Source: a virus (taxonomy: Duplodnaviria > Caudoviricetes). Taken from it: a DNA stretch of 64,000 nucleotides. A model generated the notes under the pieces. It searched no databases. It was not told the origin of the DNA and saw only the letters and a program-made list of their open reading frames with translations. Location: the IMG/VR virus record IMGVR_UViG_3300021375_000006. One strand, written 5' to 3'. Position 1 is the stretch's first letter; each line of letters starts with the position of its first letter. Of the stretch, positions 45,721 to 55,903 are shown one piece after another. Position numbers and translations under genes: made by a program.

Positions 45721-46317
45721 TCATTTATTTAGGTGGTTTCTGAAGGCTGCTCTAATCTTACCAACTGATGAGTTGTTTAACTCTAAAAAGTCGCATAATG
45801 CTATTCTTGCCCAATGTTCATAAGATACCACTTGTTGTTGTGATTTACGACTAGCTTTATATTGTCTAATCGCAAAGTCAAATCCATAGCGTTGTAAAAA
45901 CGCCTTTGCACCTCTATAACTTAATGATAGTGGTGCTTGAGCTCTAGCGTTCTCTGCCTTAGCGCCACTAGTCTGCCCATTAATATATTGTTTGTATTGT
46001 TCGTATACAAAATCTAAAAGTTGTTCTTTGATAGGTACTGGTAACATGTTTAAATTAATACCCATATCATTACCTGAATCTGATGTGTCTAAAGCTAATA
46101 CTACTGGATTACTATCCCACCAAAATGCTGAAACTGGATTTTGGTATCTGAAAACATATATTTTTCCAGGTTCAAATCTTCGCATCGATCTAGCAACCGA
46201 TTGTACTCTTATAGATTTAGATGTACTTTGGAACCATTCTTCTGCAGCGGATGCAGCCCTTCTCTTTCCACCAGCTTCTTTACTTAATGCCCTTATGTCT
46301 TTTAATACTTGTCCCAT
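45721..46317 (-). CDS. DNA end protector (gp2-like)
   Basis: PGKIYVFRY...WWDSNPVV...GINLNMLP...AIRQY. Confidence 0.8.
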   Translation of the reverse strand: MGQVLKDIRALSKEAGGKRRAASAAEEWFQSTSKSIRVQSVARSMRRFEPGKIYVFRYQNPVSAFWWDSNPVVLALDTSDSGNDMGINLNMLPVPIKEQLLDFVYEQYKQYINGQTSGAKAENARAQAPLSLSYRGAKAFLQRYGFDFAIRQYKASRKSQQQVVSYEHWARIALCDFLELNNSSVGKIRAAFRNHLNK

Positions 46318-46796
46318 TACTTAAGAGTTTTTTCTGTTAGGACAATAAACCTCCAACCCCTATTTTCACACCATGCATTTGCATAGGCGTATTTGTCTCT
46401 ATTCTTAATATATTGTTCAGCTAAAAATTTATATGAATTAAGTGCCTTTTTAGATTTAGTTTTTGGGGGAAGTGGTTTCTTAATCTGGGCTTCTGGTTTT
46501 ATTTCAACCAACCACTCTACAGGGCCTTCATCGCCCTGGCCCTTTGTCTTCATATAGAAGTCTGGGTAGTACTTATGTTCTTTCTTGTCCATTGTAGACC
46601 TGTACTTAATCGTAACCGGCTCGCTGGACCACTTTAATACGTTATCTTTCGTATCGCACATAATCATAAACTTTCTTTCCCAAGAGGAACGATAAATGAT
46701 CGGAGTTGGTCCGATATATCTGTCAGGGTTTTCTGGGTTAAAATAGCCTTGTACAAATCCTGAGTTACTGCTTGGTTTTAAGTTCTTTATTGACAT
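46317..46796 (-). CDS. head completion nuclease (gp4-like, TnsA-type)
   Basis: GYFNPENPDRYIG...IIYRSSWERKF...WSSE...YYPDFY...EIKP...NRDK...WRFIVLTE. Confidence 0.9.
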   Translation of the reverse strand: MSIKNLKPSSNSGFVQGYFNPENPDRYIGPTPIIYRSSWERKFMIMCDTKDNVLKWSSEPVTIKYRSTMDKKEHKYYPDFYMKTKGQGDEGPVEWLVEIKPEAQIKKPLPPKTKSKKALNSYKFLAEQYIKNRDKYAYANAWCENRGWRFIVLTEKTLK

Positions 46797-47174
46797 TTAT
46801 ATGTTAAACATTCCGCCTTCCGAGCTACCGTTATTGGTATTAATCTTATCCATAGAAAGTGTATTTTTATATTTCTGTGGATGTAGTTTATTCCAACCCT
46901 TAGCGTAACCACGCTTTGCTATTTCTGTAAAATATGCAAATGCATTAGTATATTTAGGATTGAAGTTTCTCCAATACTTTAATAGGTCTAAAATAGCAAA
47001 TTGTAGACAATCATTTTTATCATCTGAATTTAGATATACTAATCTATTTATTGCTCTTTCAGCCAGAAGTATTAACATTTTCTCTGCGTCGGGCGTTAAC
47101 TTATCCGCCTCTTTTGAGAGAACAATTTGATCGTATAGATCCCTATTGTTTAAGTAATTCTTTTTTCTTGGCAC
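46797..47174 (-). CDS. late-transcription sigma factor (gp55-like, short)
   Basis: NYLNNRDL...YWRNFNPKYTNAFAYFTEIA. CGAAAC-N17-TATAAT at 47197-47225. Confidence 0.8.
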   Translation of the reverse strand: MPRKKNYLNNRDLYDQIVLSKEADKLTPDAEKMLILLAERAINRLVYLNSDDKNDCLQFAILDLLKYWRNFNPKYTNAFAYFTEIAKRGYAKGWNKLHPQKYKNTLSMDKINTNNGSSEGGMFNI

Positions 47175-47204
47175 GTTTCGTTCTAATTATTTACTAATTA
47201 TATG

Positions 47205-47237
47205 AAAAAAAGCCCATTTGTTTCGAAATGGGCTTTT
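47205..47237. terminator. intrinsic terminator overlapping the gp55 promoter spacer
   Basis: aaaaaaagcccattt-gtttcg-aaatgggctttt. Confidence 0.75.
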
Positions 47238-47265
47238 CTAAATTTAAAATTAAAATTTAAAACAA

Positions 47266-48453
47266 TTATACGTTGTCTTCTTGTGAAATATTAATCTTGT
47301 ACTTTTCTACTCTGAATGGTTTGTTCTCTATGAATACAGTTAAAATATCATTCTTACCTGCTTGATTAAATTCAACAGCATCAACTTTAACTTGCGCGTC
47401 TTCTGGTAAACCGTCAACCTCACCTTTTAAAGATGCAGTTACATAACCATCCTCAATACCTAATTGTTCTTCTTCTAAAACCTTTAAATCTGATTGGATT
47501 TTTTTAATTTCAGTTTCGATTAAATTATCTGCAGCTTTAATATCTGGTAATGTTCTATCAGCTTCTGCTAATCTACCTCTTTGGTCGAATAGGAAGGATA
47601 ACATTTCTTTGTATAGGTTAATATTATCATCTTTTACTTTACTAATACTAGCAGCAGCCTCTAATAAATCAGAAAACTGTTCAGTTATATCTGCACCGGT
47701 TTCGGTTGCAACATACTCAACAGCAGCATCTGCTAATAGTTGTTGGAATTTATCTAATTTAGTATCTTCGTTTACTCTATAAGTATACACTCTATTTTCT
47801 GCTCTCATTGCTAAAACTGTAACTTGACCAGACTTAGATTCTGTTAAGAAATCTAAAACCTTAAAAGTATCAAAGTTTTCTGAAGCTAATTGAAACATCT
47901 CTAAGACTGCTTTATCCTGGTATTTAATATAACCAACATTAAAAAATCTTTCTGATAATCTCTCTTCATTACCCATTGTCACTTCAATATTACCTGCAAA
48001 GAATTTACCTGATTCTTTGTTATATCTAAAGTTAATTGCAATTGAAGAAGATTTAGTCTCTTCTATTTTAGCTTGAGTAGCATCTAGTTCTTTGGTAACT
48101 TCTGTTAGAGCTTCACCCTTTTTACCAGCTAGTTTTAATTCTTTTGCTTTACCTTCTAAAAAGGAAGCAGTTTCATTTAATTCAGATAAAGTATCAAATG
48201 CTTCTACAGCACCCTCTTCTACTTTATTTAAAATTTGTTTTCTATTATAGTCATATAAAAAAGAGATGCCTTCGTTAGTAATTTCGAAAGACTTATTAGC
48301 AGCAACTAGGCTATTAAATAAATCATTAGTCTCATCAATCTTCTCAATATGATTGCCTGTAATTTTAAAGTTAGCACCTGCCGCATGAAATAGGAAACCT
48401 TGTCCTTGTTCTAAAATAGGCGATGTTAATTCTTTGTTTATTGAATTTGTCAT
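47266..48453 (-). CDS. hypothetical protein (late promoter at 48480)
   Basis: 395-aa ORF from the track. Confidence 0.75.
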   Translation of the reverse strand: MTNSINKELTSPILEQGQGFLFHAAGANFKITGNHIEKIDETNDLFNSLVAANKSFEITNEGISFLYDYNRKQILNKVEEGAVEAFDTLSELNETASFLEGKAKELKLAGKKGEALTEVTKELDATQAKIEETKSSSIAINFRYNKESGKFFAGNIEVTMGNEERLSERFFNVGYIKYQDKAVLEMFQLASENFDTFKVLDFLTESKSGQVTVLAMRAENRVYTYRVNEDTKLDKFQQLLADAAVEYVATETGADITEQFSDLLEAAASISKVKDDNINLYKEMLSFLFDQRGRLAEADRTLPDIKAADNLIETEIKKIQSDLKVLEEEQLGIEDGYVTASLKGEVDGLPEDAQVKVDAVEFNQAGKNDILTVFIENKPFRVEKYKINISQEDNV

Positions 48454-48478
48454 TTCAAATTATTTATGTTTTCTTATA

Positions 48479-49537
48479 CTATATATCATCCAAATTTCCT
48501 TTCACAGTGAAGTTATCACCGAAGAGCGCTGAGTTAGGCTCATCCTTAGGTGGGACGACTGTATTACTATTTCCAATTGTAAACATTCTATTCGATTGTT
48601 TCTTACGTCTAGATACTCTCTTAATCTGAGTTTCTGTATTTTGTAGATTACCTAAAGTGGCTGCTACTGCTGGATCTGAGCAACTTAAACCATCTTCAAC
48701 TTTTATCCATTCAATACCGTTTGATTCCCATTTAGCAGGATAATAACTATCATAATAAACGTTAGGTGTAAAACCTGGATCGATAAATCCATTTGGATTT
48801 TCATAATCACCACATACAGCATTTGCATAATTAGTTCTTGTATACTTTCTATAAGTATCTTCTTCAAAATCAAATGAAGGTATAAACGAATTAATTTCTA
48901 AGCTAAATGTTATTTTATGGTTTGCTTTATCATCAAATGAATATTCAATTGGACGTTCTTGTGTATAATCTTCTGGCATCATATACTCAGATGAGATTCT
49001 ATAAGTACCCTCTTCTAAATGTCCAGCATCTACATGATAAAAATTAGCCTTATACATTTTTTTAACAATAGCCTCTGTAACTTTAAATAGATCTAACTGA
49101 CTTGATACTAAAATCTCAATATCGACTCCTAATACTACTGGAATCATTTCAAACTCAGCGACGAAGCCTTCCATTAAACCCTGCTCATTCATCATTGAGT
49201 ATTGACCCATATTTCTTTTATTAACTAGCTTAGAAGGGTCTACATTAAATGATGTTAGATTTACAATACCTCTTGGGATTTTATCATAATTACCATCTGC
49301 GAATTCACCATCTGGATCACAGCCTAATCCATTGACATTAGAGAATAAGAAATTATCTTTCATAAAATTCTCATCACCAGAAACTGCGTAAAAGAATGGT
49401 ACATCTACCTCGACTCTCTCATCATTACTAATCTGTCTCCAAAAGCTTAATTTGCTATTGAGGTCTGCTAATAGTCCGACAACAACATGTCTAATAACTG
49501 AGTCGTCTTTATTAAATTTTAAATTATATGTAGCCAT
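48479..49537 (-). CDS. tail sheath stabiliser / tail completion (gp15-like)
   Basis: IRHVVVGLLADLN...VDVPFFY...IPRGIV...MIPV...QLDLFKV..I. Confidence 0.65.
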   Translation of the reverse strand: MATYNLKFNKDDSVIRHVVVGLLADLNSKLSFWRQISNDERVEVDVPFFYAVSGDENFMKDNFLFSNVNGLGCDPDGEFADGNYDKIPRGIVNLTSFNVDPSKLVNKRNMGQYSMMNEQGLMEGFVAEFEMIPVVLGVDIEILVSSQLDLFKVTEAIVKKMYKANFYHVDAGHLEEGTYRISSEYMMPEDYTQERPIEYSFDDKANHKITFSLEINSFIPSFDFEEDTYRKYTRTNYANAVCGDYENPNGFIDPGFTPNVYYDSYYPAKWESNGIEWIKVEDGLSCSDPAVAATLGNLQNTETQIKRVSRRKKQSNRMFTIGNSNTVVPPKDEPNSALFGDNFTVKGNLDDI

Positions 49538-49565
49538 AGATTATATATCAACCTTTACTGGTAAC

Positions 49566-49597
49566 AAAAATGGCCAATATTTCTATTGGCCATTTTT
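49566..49597. terminator. intrinsic terminator
   Basis: aaaaatggccaata-tttc-tattggccattttt. Confidence 0.8.
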
Positions 49598-49618
49598 ACT
49601 TATTTTGGTTAAGTTCTA

Positions 49619-50416
49619 TTAATATTCAGTGTCGCCACCATTACATACCGCACCGGTTTCTTCTGCATTCCAGGCAGGAACTACATCACCGATTGGAGAA
49701 GGTGTTACGTCAACCATTCCAGCTTCAGATTGAGCTAAAGAACATATCTGCCTTGATTGTCCAGCACCAAGTGGTGAAGAAGCTGACGCTGTTGTTGGAT
49801 TTGCAATATCAGCTTGTTGTAGTGGATAATAGTTATACAGTACAGGATCTCCACTTTCGTTAACTAGTTGCCAAATTCTACCAGCGTAACTTGCAATTGT
49901 AGTTGTTGGTTCTGCTACTGTAAAGTTAGTGTAATAGTCTAGGTTACTATCTGCCCAAGTTTTCCACGTAGCAGCATCCTTGCCGGAAGGCATTGACCCG
50001 TTATTAAGTACATTTCCTGCGCTTTCATTTTTGTCCTTAATATGTTGAATTGCTGCAACAAAAGCATCATCACCAGTTCCAGCTTTAAATCTAATATACG
50101 CGTCGTTTACTTCTAACTGAGGTTGATCCGCATTATCAGGCGGAGGTGTAGGTTGTGTACCTGTTGTTGTAGATAATTGAGGTTGTCCTTCATTATTACA
50201 AATTAAATATGCTATGTGCCATGCAAATCCTTCTCTAGCTTCATTTATCCCGTTAATCCAATAAGAATCAGTTAATCCTGAATAAACATTAGATTCTGCT
50301 TGTTGGTTAGCACGAATTAATCTATTATTAGGCCCGTAGGCTGTATAATTTGAAGGTGCTGAATGAACGGTACCTGTGAAAACAGACCATATTCTTGAAT
50401 TGGTGTTGGTAGCCAT
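49619..50416 (-). CDS. hypothetical protein, probably virion-associated
   Basis: 265-aa ORF with its own GATATATA at 50445 and a downstream terminator. Confidence 0.7.
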   Translation of the reverse strand: MATNTNSRIWSVFTGTVHSAPSNYTAYGPNNRLIRANQQAESNVYSGLTDSYWINGINEAREGFAWHIAYLICNNEGQPQLSTTTGTQPTPPPDNADQPQLEVNDAYIRFKAGTGDDAFVAAIQHIKDKNESAGNVLNNGSMPSGKDAATWKTWADSNLDYYTNFTVAEPTTTIASYAGRIWQLVNESGDPVLYNYYPLQQADIANPTTASASSPLGAGQSRQICSLAQSEAGMVDVTPSPIGDVVPAWNAEETGAVCNGGDTEY

Positions 50417-50456
50417 AATTAGTTTTTAATCTTTTTTGTTTTATTATATATCCCTG

Positions 50457-52127
50457 TTAATCTATACTTTCGATAACAAACTTAGAGAAGCCATTCTCTC
50501 TATATATTTGAATCTTCTTATCAAATATCTCATGGGGTAATACAGAGTGGTTAATTACAAAAGTATTTATCTTATGTTCTTTAATAACTTGATTAAGTAT
50601 CTTTAGGATATTATAGACTCCATCGTGGTCTACAGAAGATAATAACTCATCTAAGAAAAGAAGATTTAATTGTGGAAACCTTAGTTTTAATATTTTAATA
50701 ATAGCAACAATAACAATAAAGTCTGCTTTCTTACGTTCTCCAGTTGAAAGTGTCATTGGATTAATATCTTCACCAAGGTGATTAATAATACAATTAAACT
50801 TTTCATCAAATCTAATATGGAATTGCAGGTGCATGGTTTGAGCCATGGCTGCAATATTAGTATTAAGTCCTGGTAGAATAGTTTTAACTGCTAAATTCTT
50901 AACACCATCTTCACCTAATACTTGTTCTACGATTTCCATAAAGTTGTAGTCACCATTTAACTGGTCTTTACTTGCAGATTTCTCAGCCTCCTTCTCTTCA
51001 AACTCTGTAATAAGTCCTCTTAAGTGATCGAAGTCAGATCCTTCTGGAGTATCTTTTAACTTCATTAATTCAGCCTTAAGACTGCGCATCGTTACTTTAT
51101 TATCTGAGATCTGACCTTCTAAATCTAGTTTAGCAGTTCTAGCCTTTAAAACTTTATCTTGTAGAACATCCATCTCTATTTTAATAGACTTAATATCATT
51201 TGTGCTGGCATCGATCTTTTCAGTAAAAGAATCTTTTTGTTTTACGTGCCAATCAGAAGTTAACTTAGTTTCACAAGTTGGACAATGTCCACTTTCATAT
51301 AACTTTAACTTCTTATTTAGATAATCAATTTCTCTTTTAATATCTCCAGCCTCAGTTCTCTTTTCATTGTATTCTTTATTGAACTTATTCATCGCATCTT
51401 CTTCCTTCGTACGATTAGCTTCAATATCTAATACAGTTTCATGTAGAGTAACTAATTGGTCTTTTAATTCTTGGATCTTAGATTTATTTGCAGTTTTAGA
51501 TTCTGCAAGTAGAGTATTTAATTTACCTTTAACTGATCCAATTGAATTCATTATCTCATTTAACTCAGCATCATAAGCATCAATATCAAATTTAATATCT
51601 CTACGTTCTTCTTTGATTTGCCTTTGCATATCATTAAGAATAGAGAAACCAAACATTCTATCGATAATCTGCTTCTTGTCTTGATTTGACATAGTTAAAA
51701 ATGATTTAAAATCATTTACTGATAGAATAATTATATTTTTAAATACATGATATGGAATACCGAATACTTCGTCTTCTAAATACTCTTGTACAGATTTTTT
51801 ACCTGCTTTATCAAACTCAACTCCATTAATTAAGACGTTAAATCTATTTGGTGCAATACCTCGCTCTATTTCTATAGCCATAGTACCGCATTGTAAACCA
51901 ATCTTTACATGAAGTTCTTTATTAATACGATTAGGTAGGTCTGCTAATTTAACACCTTCTACTTTTCCATATAGAGCATAGATAATAGCATTAGCGATAG
52001 TAGTTTTACCATCACCATTTTTACCTAGAGTTAAAAATAACTCAGATCCGTCTTGCTTAAAATCTATTCGTTGTCTTTGGTTTCCGTATGAAGCAAAGTT
52101 CTTAAACTCAATATAGTCTATTCTCAT
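50457..52127 (-). CDS. SbcC/gp46-like recombination nuclease ATPase subunit
   Basis: GKNGDGKT, CPTC hook, LSTGE, LFLDE, H-loop. Confidence 0.95.
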   Translation of the reverse strand: MRIDYIEFKNFASYGNQRQRIDFKQDGSELFLTLGKNGDGKTTIANAIIYALYGKVEGVKLADLPNRINKELHVKIGLQCGTMAIEIERGIAPNRFNVLINGVEFDKAGKKSVQEYLEDEVFGIPYHVFKNIIILSVNDFKSFLTMSNQDKKQIIDRMFGFSILNDMQRQIKEERRDIKFDIDAYDAELNEIMNSIGSVKGKLNTLLAESKTANKSKIQELKDQLVTLHETVLDIEANRTKEEDAMNKFNKEYNEKRTEAGDIKREIDYLNKKLKLYESGHCPTCETKLTSDWHVKQKDSFTEKIDASTNDIKSIKIEMDVLQDKVLKARTAKLDLEGQISDNKVTMRSLKAELMKLKDTPEGSDFDHLRGLITEFEEKEAEKSASKDQLNGDYNFMEIVEQVLGEDGVKNLAVKTILPGLNTNIAAMAQTMHLQFHIRFDEKFNCIINHLGEDINPMTLSTGERKKADFIVIVAIIKILKLRFPQLNLLFLDELLSSVDHDGVYNILKILNQVIKEHKINTFVINHSVLPHEIFDKKIQIYRENGFSKFVIESID

Positions 52128-53242
52128 TATTTGTCGGTGTCATAATTGTAAGCACATTGTGTATACAATTGTTTTAACTTGCTCTTTAGTTTTAGAGCTA
52201 AATCCTCATCTTGTTTCATACCATCAATATACATATTACAAAGATTAAGAATATTGTAATTCTTGTACATCTCTTCAATTTCATTAATGTCATAAAAGTC
52301 TTTATCGATATATGAATCTTCTTCATAAATATTCGGTTCTAACTTTCTAGAAATATGTTGAATCTCATTAACCAGTTTGCTCAATGCATTGGTTGTAGCG
52401 ATTTGCGATGGTACGAATAGATCTACAAAGTTATTTTCTATTTGCTCCTTAAACTTGCCAAGAGGCATATCATATAGCGCTTTAATATTGTATCTTAAAA
52501 ACTTGGGGGAAATATGATTCTCAAAGAAAGTCTCTTCCATTGTTTCTAGATTAACTAGATCAAATCCTTTCGGATTATCTCTATCGGATCTTGTTAATTG
52601 ATATGGTACACCGACCATTAGTAGTTTACCTCTTTCCTGTCTGAAGTGGATATGACCTGAGTAAACTCTTGTATATTTGTCATAGATGTTAGAATCTGTA
52701 CCATGCTCGTTTTTAACTTTAGCATTAAGGTAAATACCTCTAACTTCTGAGTGACAATATACAATATCTGCTTGTGGATAATCTGCTAGAGTTTCTGTTT
52801 CATGTTCTGCATCTCTTCTCCAAGGCATTAATAATACATTCTTACCAGACCAATTTAAAAGTTCTGGCTCTTTGTAAACTTGTACGTTAGGAATCCATTT
52901 TAAACTATCAATTGATGAAATATCATTTGACTTCTTAGCCCAAATATCATGGTTACCGCAGATTACATAACATGGTAGAATCTGACCTAGTCTTTCAAAT
53001 AGATCCACGGCATAGCTTAATACCTTAATATTAATAGATTGTCTATTATCAAAGGTGTCTCCTACTTGTACTAGGACATCACCTGGTTGTACATGCTTCT
53101 TCAAGGTTGGGATAAACATGTTCTCGAAGAAGTCTTTTTGGATATTTAGCCACTCAACCGAGTTTGCTCTTACACCAAAGTGTAAGTCTCCAAGGACCCA
53201 TACTCTTTTGGCTCCTTGTTTAATTACCTTGGGTTCAATCAT
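52127..53242 (-). CDS. SbcD/gp47-like nuclease subunit
   Basis: GDLHFG, GDTFD, GNHD, SGHIH. Confidence 0.95.
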   Translation of the reverse strand: MIEPKVIKQGAKRVWVLGDLHFGVRANSVEWLNIQKDFFENMFIPTLKKHVQPGDVLVQVGDTFDNRQSINIKVLSYAVDLFERLGQILPCYVICGNHDIWAKKSNDISSIDSLKWIPNVQVYKEPELLNWSGKNVLLMPWRRDAEHETETLADYPQADIVYCHSEVRGIYLNAKVKNEHGTDSNIYDKYTRVYSGHIHFRQERGKLLMVGVPYQLTRSDRDNPKGFDLVNLETMEETFFENHISPKFLRYNIKALYDMPLGKFKEQIENNFVDLFVPSQIATTNALSKLVNEIQHISRKLEPNIYEEDSYIDKDFYDINEIEEMYKNYNILNLCNMYIDGMKQDEDLALKLKSKLKQLYTQCAYNYDTDK

Positions 53243-53677
53243 TTAAAATAACTTTTTAATGTTCTTCTTTTCTAAAATACCTGTTTTTCTATCTAGCTCT
53301 TGAATAAGATCTTCCTTATATACATTTGAAAGTGAACTATAGAATTTTACAGGTCTAATATCAAAGTAAATACACATTTCACTAAAAATATCGATGCGAC
53401 TCCATTTAGCCTGCATCTCACCTATAATATAGCCGTAAACTTCATTAATATCAGTCTTTCTTAGTTTATTACATTTACCTAGTTCGTCTACCTCATTAAA
53501 AATTTTAAATCTAGAAACTGTAATTAGCTCATGGATCGTACGAGCTATCATCTCGTAATGAATCTTTTCCTCTTCGTCTAGATCTTCTCTTAATGACGGA
53601 TCCAAATCAAAACTAATATTACTTAGTTCAAATTCTGGTGTGTCAAAACTGTTATTAAAAATTTTATCATTTGCCAT
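53243..53677 (-). CDS. hypothetical protein
   Basis: 144-aa ORF from the track. Confidence 0.75.
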   Translation of the reverse strand: MANDKIFNNSFDTPEFELSNISFDLDPSLREDLDEEEKIHYEMIARTIHELITVSRFKIFNEVDELGKCNKLRKTDINEVYGYIIGEMQAKWSRIDIFSEMCIYFDIRPVKFYSSLSNVYKEDLIQELDRKTGILEKKNIKKLF

Positions 53678-53694
53678 ATTTAATTTTGTTTATT

Positions 53695-55011
53695 TTAAAT
53701 GCTATGAATGCTAGAAGTACTAATATCTTCTGTTTCTATTAATCGCATAAAGTTATAGTCAACATTCAACTTACATTTATTTCCTTTACCCTCACCATCT
53801 CTAATCTTAAGTACCTTTAACCAATACTCTTGGTTAGCACGCATTAAGTCGTCTTGAATAATACCAAGCATTACGTCAGCTGTATGTGAAAGACCTGCAG
53901 ATTCTGCAACGTCTGACATGGAAATATCTGAAGAATTATAGCCGTTTCTGTTTATTTGAGTTGCTGTGACGATCAACCAATTGTTACGAATACCCATAGC
54001 ACGAAGGTCTTCTGCAATTTGCTTGATCTTCATATATGTATTCTCCGTATTTTGGTTACGATAATTGGCTAAGATGTTGATATAGTCAATTACAACTGCG
54101 CCGACTTTAATCTGTAACTCCTCTTCTATTTGTGCAACGTAAGCTTCAATATCTAAGACTGTCGCCTGAGATGTTGGGAATTGTTTTACATAAAGATTTC
54201 CAGGTGGAGTAAATCCATCTCCAACCGTTTCTAATCTTCTTTTAATGTGGTCTCTATTTTTTGCCTTCTCAGCATAATCATTAATATTAATATTAAGAAG
54301 GTTCGAGCCAATTCTTTTTACAAATTTATGGGCTGCCATTTCCGCAGTAATTACTACGGTATTAGTTCCCATCTTGACAAAGTTAGCTGCGTCATTTGCT
54401 AAGTAAATAGATTTACCAATATTCTGTTCACCAGCATAAACTACAAGGTTACCGCCTTTGTCATAACCACCGCCTAACATTCTGTCTAAGAAATTGTAAC
54501 CTGTACTAACTTTCTCAGACTCTTTCTGGTCGTGTGCATCAAAATCAAAGAAGTTAAGACCAAGATCAGAATTAAATGTTAAGTTATTTCTATCGTTAAT
54601 TAAACCTTTTACTTTGGTTACGATAGCTTCTACGTTTTCTGGATTAACATCAGTGGTTTTAATATACTCAATTGTATCTGTCAATGAGTTATTAAATGTT
54701 CTCCACTTAATCCAAGCTTCTGCAGTATTAGTTAGCCACTCCTCATCGTATTTGTCTAGATCAACATCAAAGATCATATCTAAGATACCATCTGAAACTC
54801 TCTCCTTAGACTTAGGATGATTTTGAACTAATAACTTTAAATTCTCTCTAGTTGGCGTCTCATTAAATTTAGCATAGAACTTATTAGCTAAAAAACTTAA
54901 GGCATCAATCTCTTCTGAAGTGTAGAAGTTAAATTTAATTGCCTGTAAGTATTTTGGCTTCTCTAATGAGATTCTAAAGAATATTTTTTCAAAGTCTTGT
55001 CCGAACTGCAT
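53695..55011 (-). CDS. replicative helicase (gp41/DnaB-like)
   Basis: AGEQNIGKS, VVIDYI, TATQINR, AESAGL...AD. Confidence 0.95.
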   Translation of the reverse strand: MQFGQDFEKIFFRISLEKPKYLQAIKFNFYTSEEIDALSFLANKFYAKFNETPTRENLKLLVQNHPKSKERVSDGILDMIFDVDLDKYDEEWLTNTAEAWIKWRTFNNSLTDTIEYIKTTDVNPENVEAIVTKVKGLINDRNNLTFNSDLGLNFFDFDAHDQKESEKVSTGYNFLDRMLGGGYDKGGNLVVYAGEQNIGKSIYLANDAANFVKMGTNTVVITAEMAAHKFVKRIGSNLLNININDYAEKAKNRDHIKRRLETVGDGFTPPGNLYVKQFPTSQATVLDIEAYVAQIEEELQIKVGAVVIDYINILANYRNQNTENTYMKIKQIAEDLRAMGIRNNWLIVTATQINRNGYNSSDISMSDVAESAGLSHTADVMLGIIQDDLMRANQEYWLKVLKIRDGEGKGNKCKLNVDYNFMRLIETEDISTSSIHSI

Positions 55012-55025
55012 ATTATTGTTTTTAC

Positions 55026-55604
55026 TTATTCTATGATTAATTCACCTATTTGTTTAGAATATGGTTCCTTTTCCCATAGATTAATTGCTATTGCCTTTCT
55101 AGTACCGCGTGTAACTTGCTGGACTGTGTGTGGATCTTGTCCAGCTTGAAATATGATAAATCTATTAGGTCTTGCTTTGATGATCTCTGGGGTTGATTCT
55201 TGGCCATCTGCATATATAGCTAATTCACCGCCATCAAAATCTTGTCCTGCTGGATAATATACACTACCTATTAATGGACTAACCACCTCTCCTTTTTTTT
55301 GCCACCACGCTTCATCTTTATCAAAATGGATTGGTAGATTATTAATATAACCGTCGTTTAGATTATCTGCAGACTGGTGTCCAGTCCAATATTCAAAACC
55401 GTCTATATTAAATTGCTGGTTAATAGGACAATGGTCTCCCCATACATATTGAATTATACGTTGAGTTGTATTTTTAGCCGGAGTATTCCACCAGCCGCCA
55501 TACCATTTGTATGCGCCAGGATCTTTAAAGATCTGACTATAATTCTGTTCTATTTCTTTTAAAAGAGCTGCGTCTTTAATAAAATTGTCAAATACTGCTA
55601 TCAT
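55026..55604 (-). CDS. 2OG-Fe(II) oxygenase
   Basis: HFD...GGEL...H...R (HxD...H plus R). Confidence 0.8.
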   Translation of the reverse strand: MIAVFDNFIKDAALLKEIEQNYSQIFKDPGAYKWYGGWWNTPAKNTTQRIIQYVWGDHCPINQQFNIDGFEYWTGHQSADNLNDGYINNLPIHFDKDEAWWQKKGEVVSPLIGSVYYPAGQDFDGGELAIYADGQESTPEIIKARPNRFIIFQAGQDPHTVQQVTRGTRKAIAINLWEKEPYSKQIGELIIE

Positions 55605-55903
55605 AATTCAAATGGGTTTATTATTATTTTAAAGGCCTCTTTACCGGGGTCTTCGTTCGTTTGTTCGCATAAACCCAAAGTTACTAATTCTTTTGCAGAT
55701 TCTAAAATTTTATCTGGATCTGATTCTGGGAATCTATAAGTTTTTAATGCGTGGTAGGTAAAGCTACCTTTATATCTGTCAGGATTTCTATTGCAGAGTT
55801 TTACTTCAGCTTGTAAAATATCTAGCGCCGTAGGATAATCTGGTAAATCTTTTTCTATCCCTAGGATATACTTGATCGGCAGTTTATCTTTATTCAACTT
55901 CAT
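55601..55903 (-). CDS. hypothetical protein
   Basis: 100-aa ORF from the track. Confidence 0.7.
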   Translation of the reverse strand: MKLNKDKLPIKYILGIEKDLPDYPTALDILQAEVKLCNRNPDRYKGSFTYHALKTYRFPESDPDKILESAKELVTLGLCEQTNEDPGKEAFKIIINPFEL

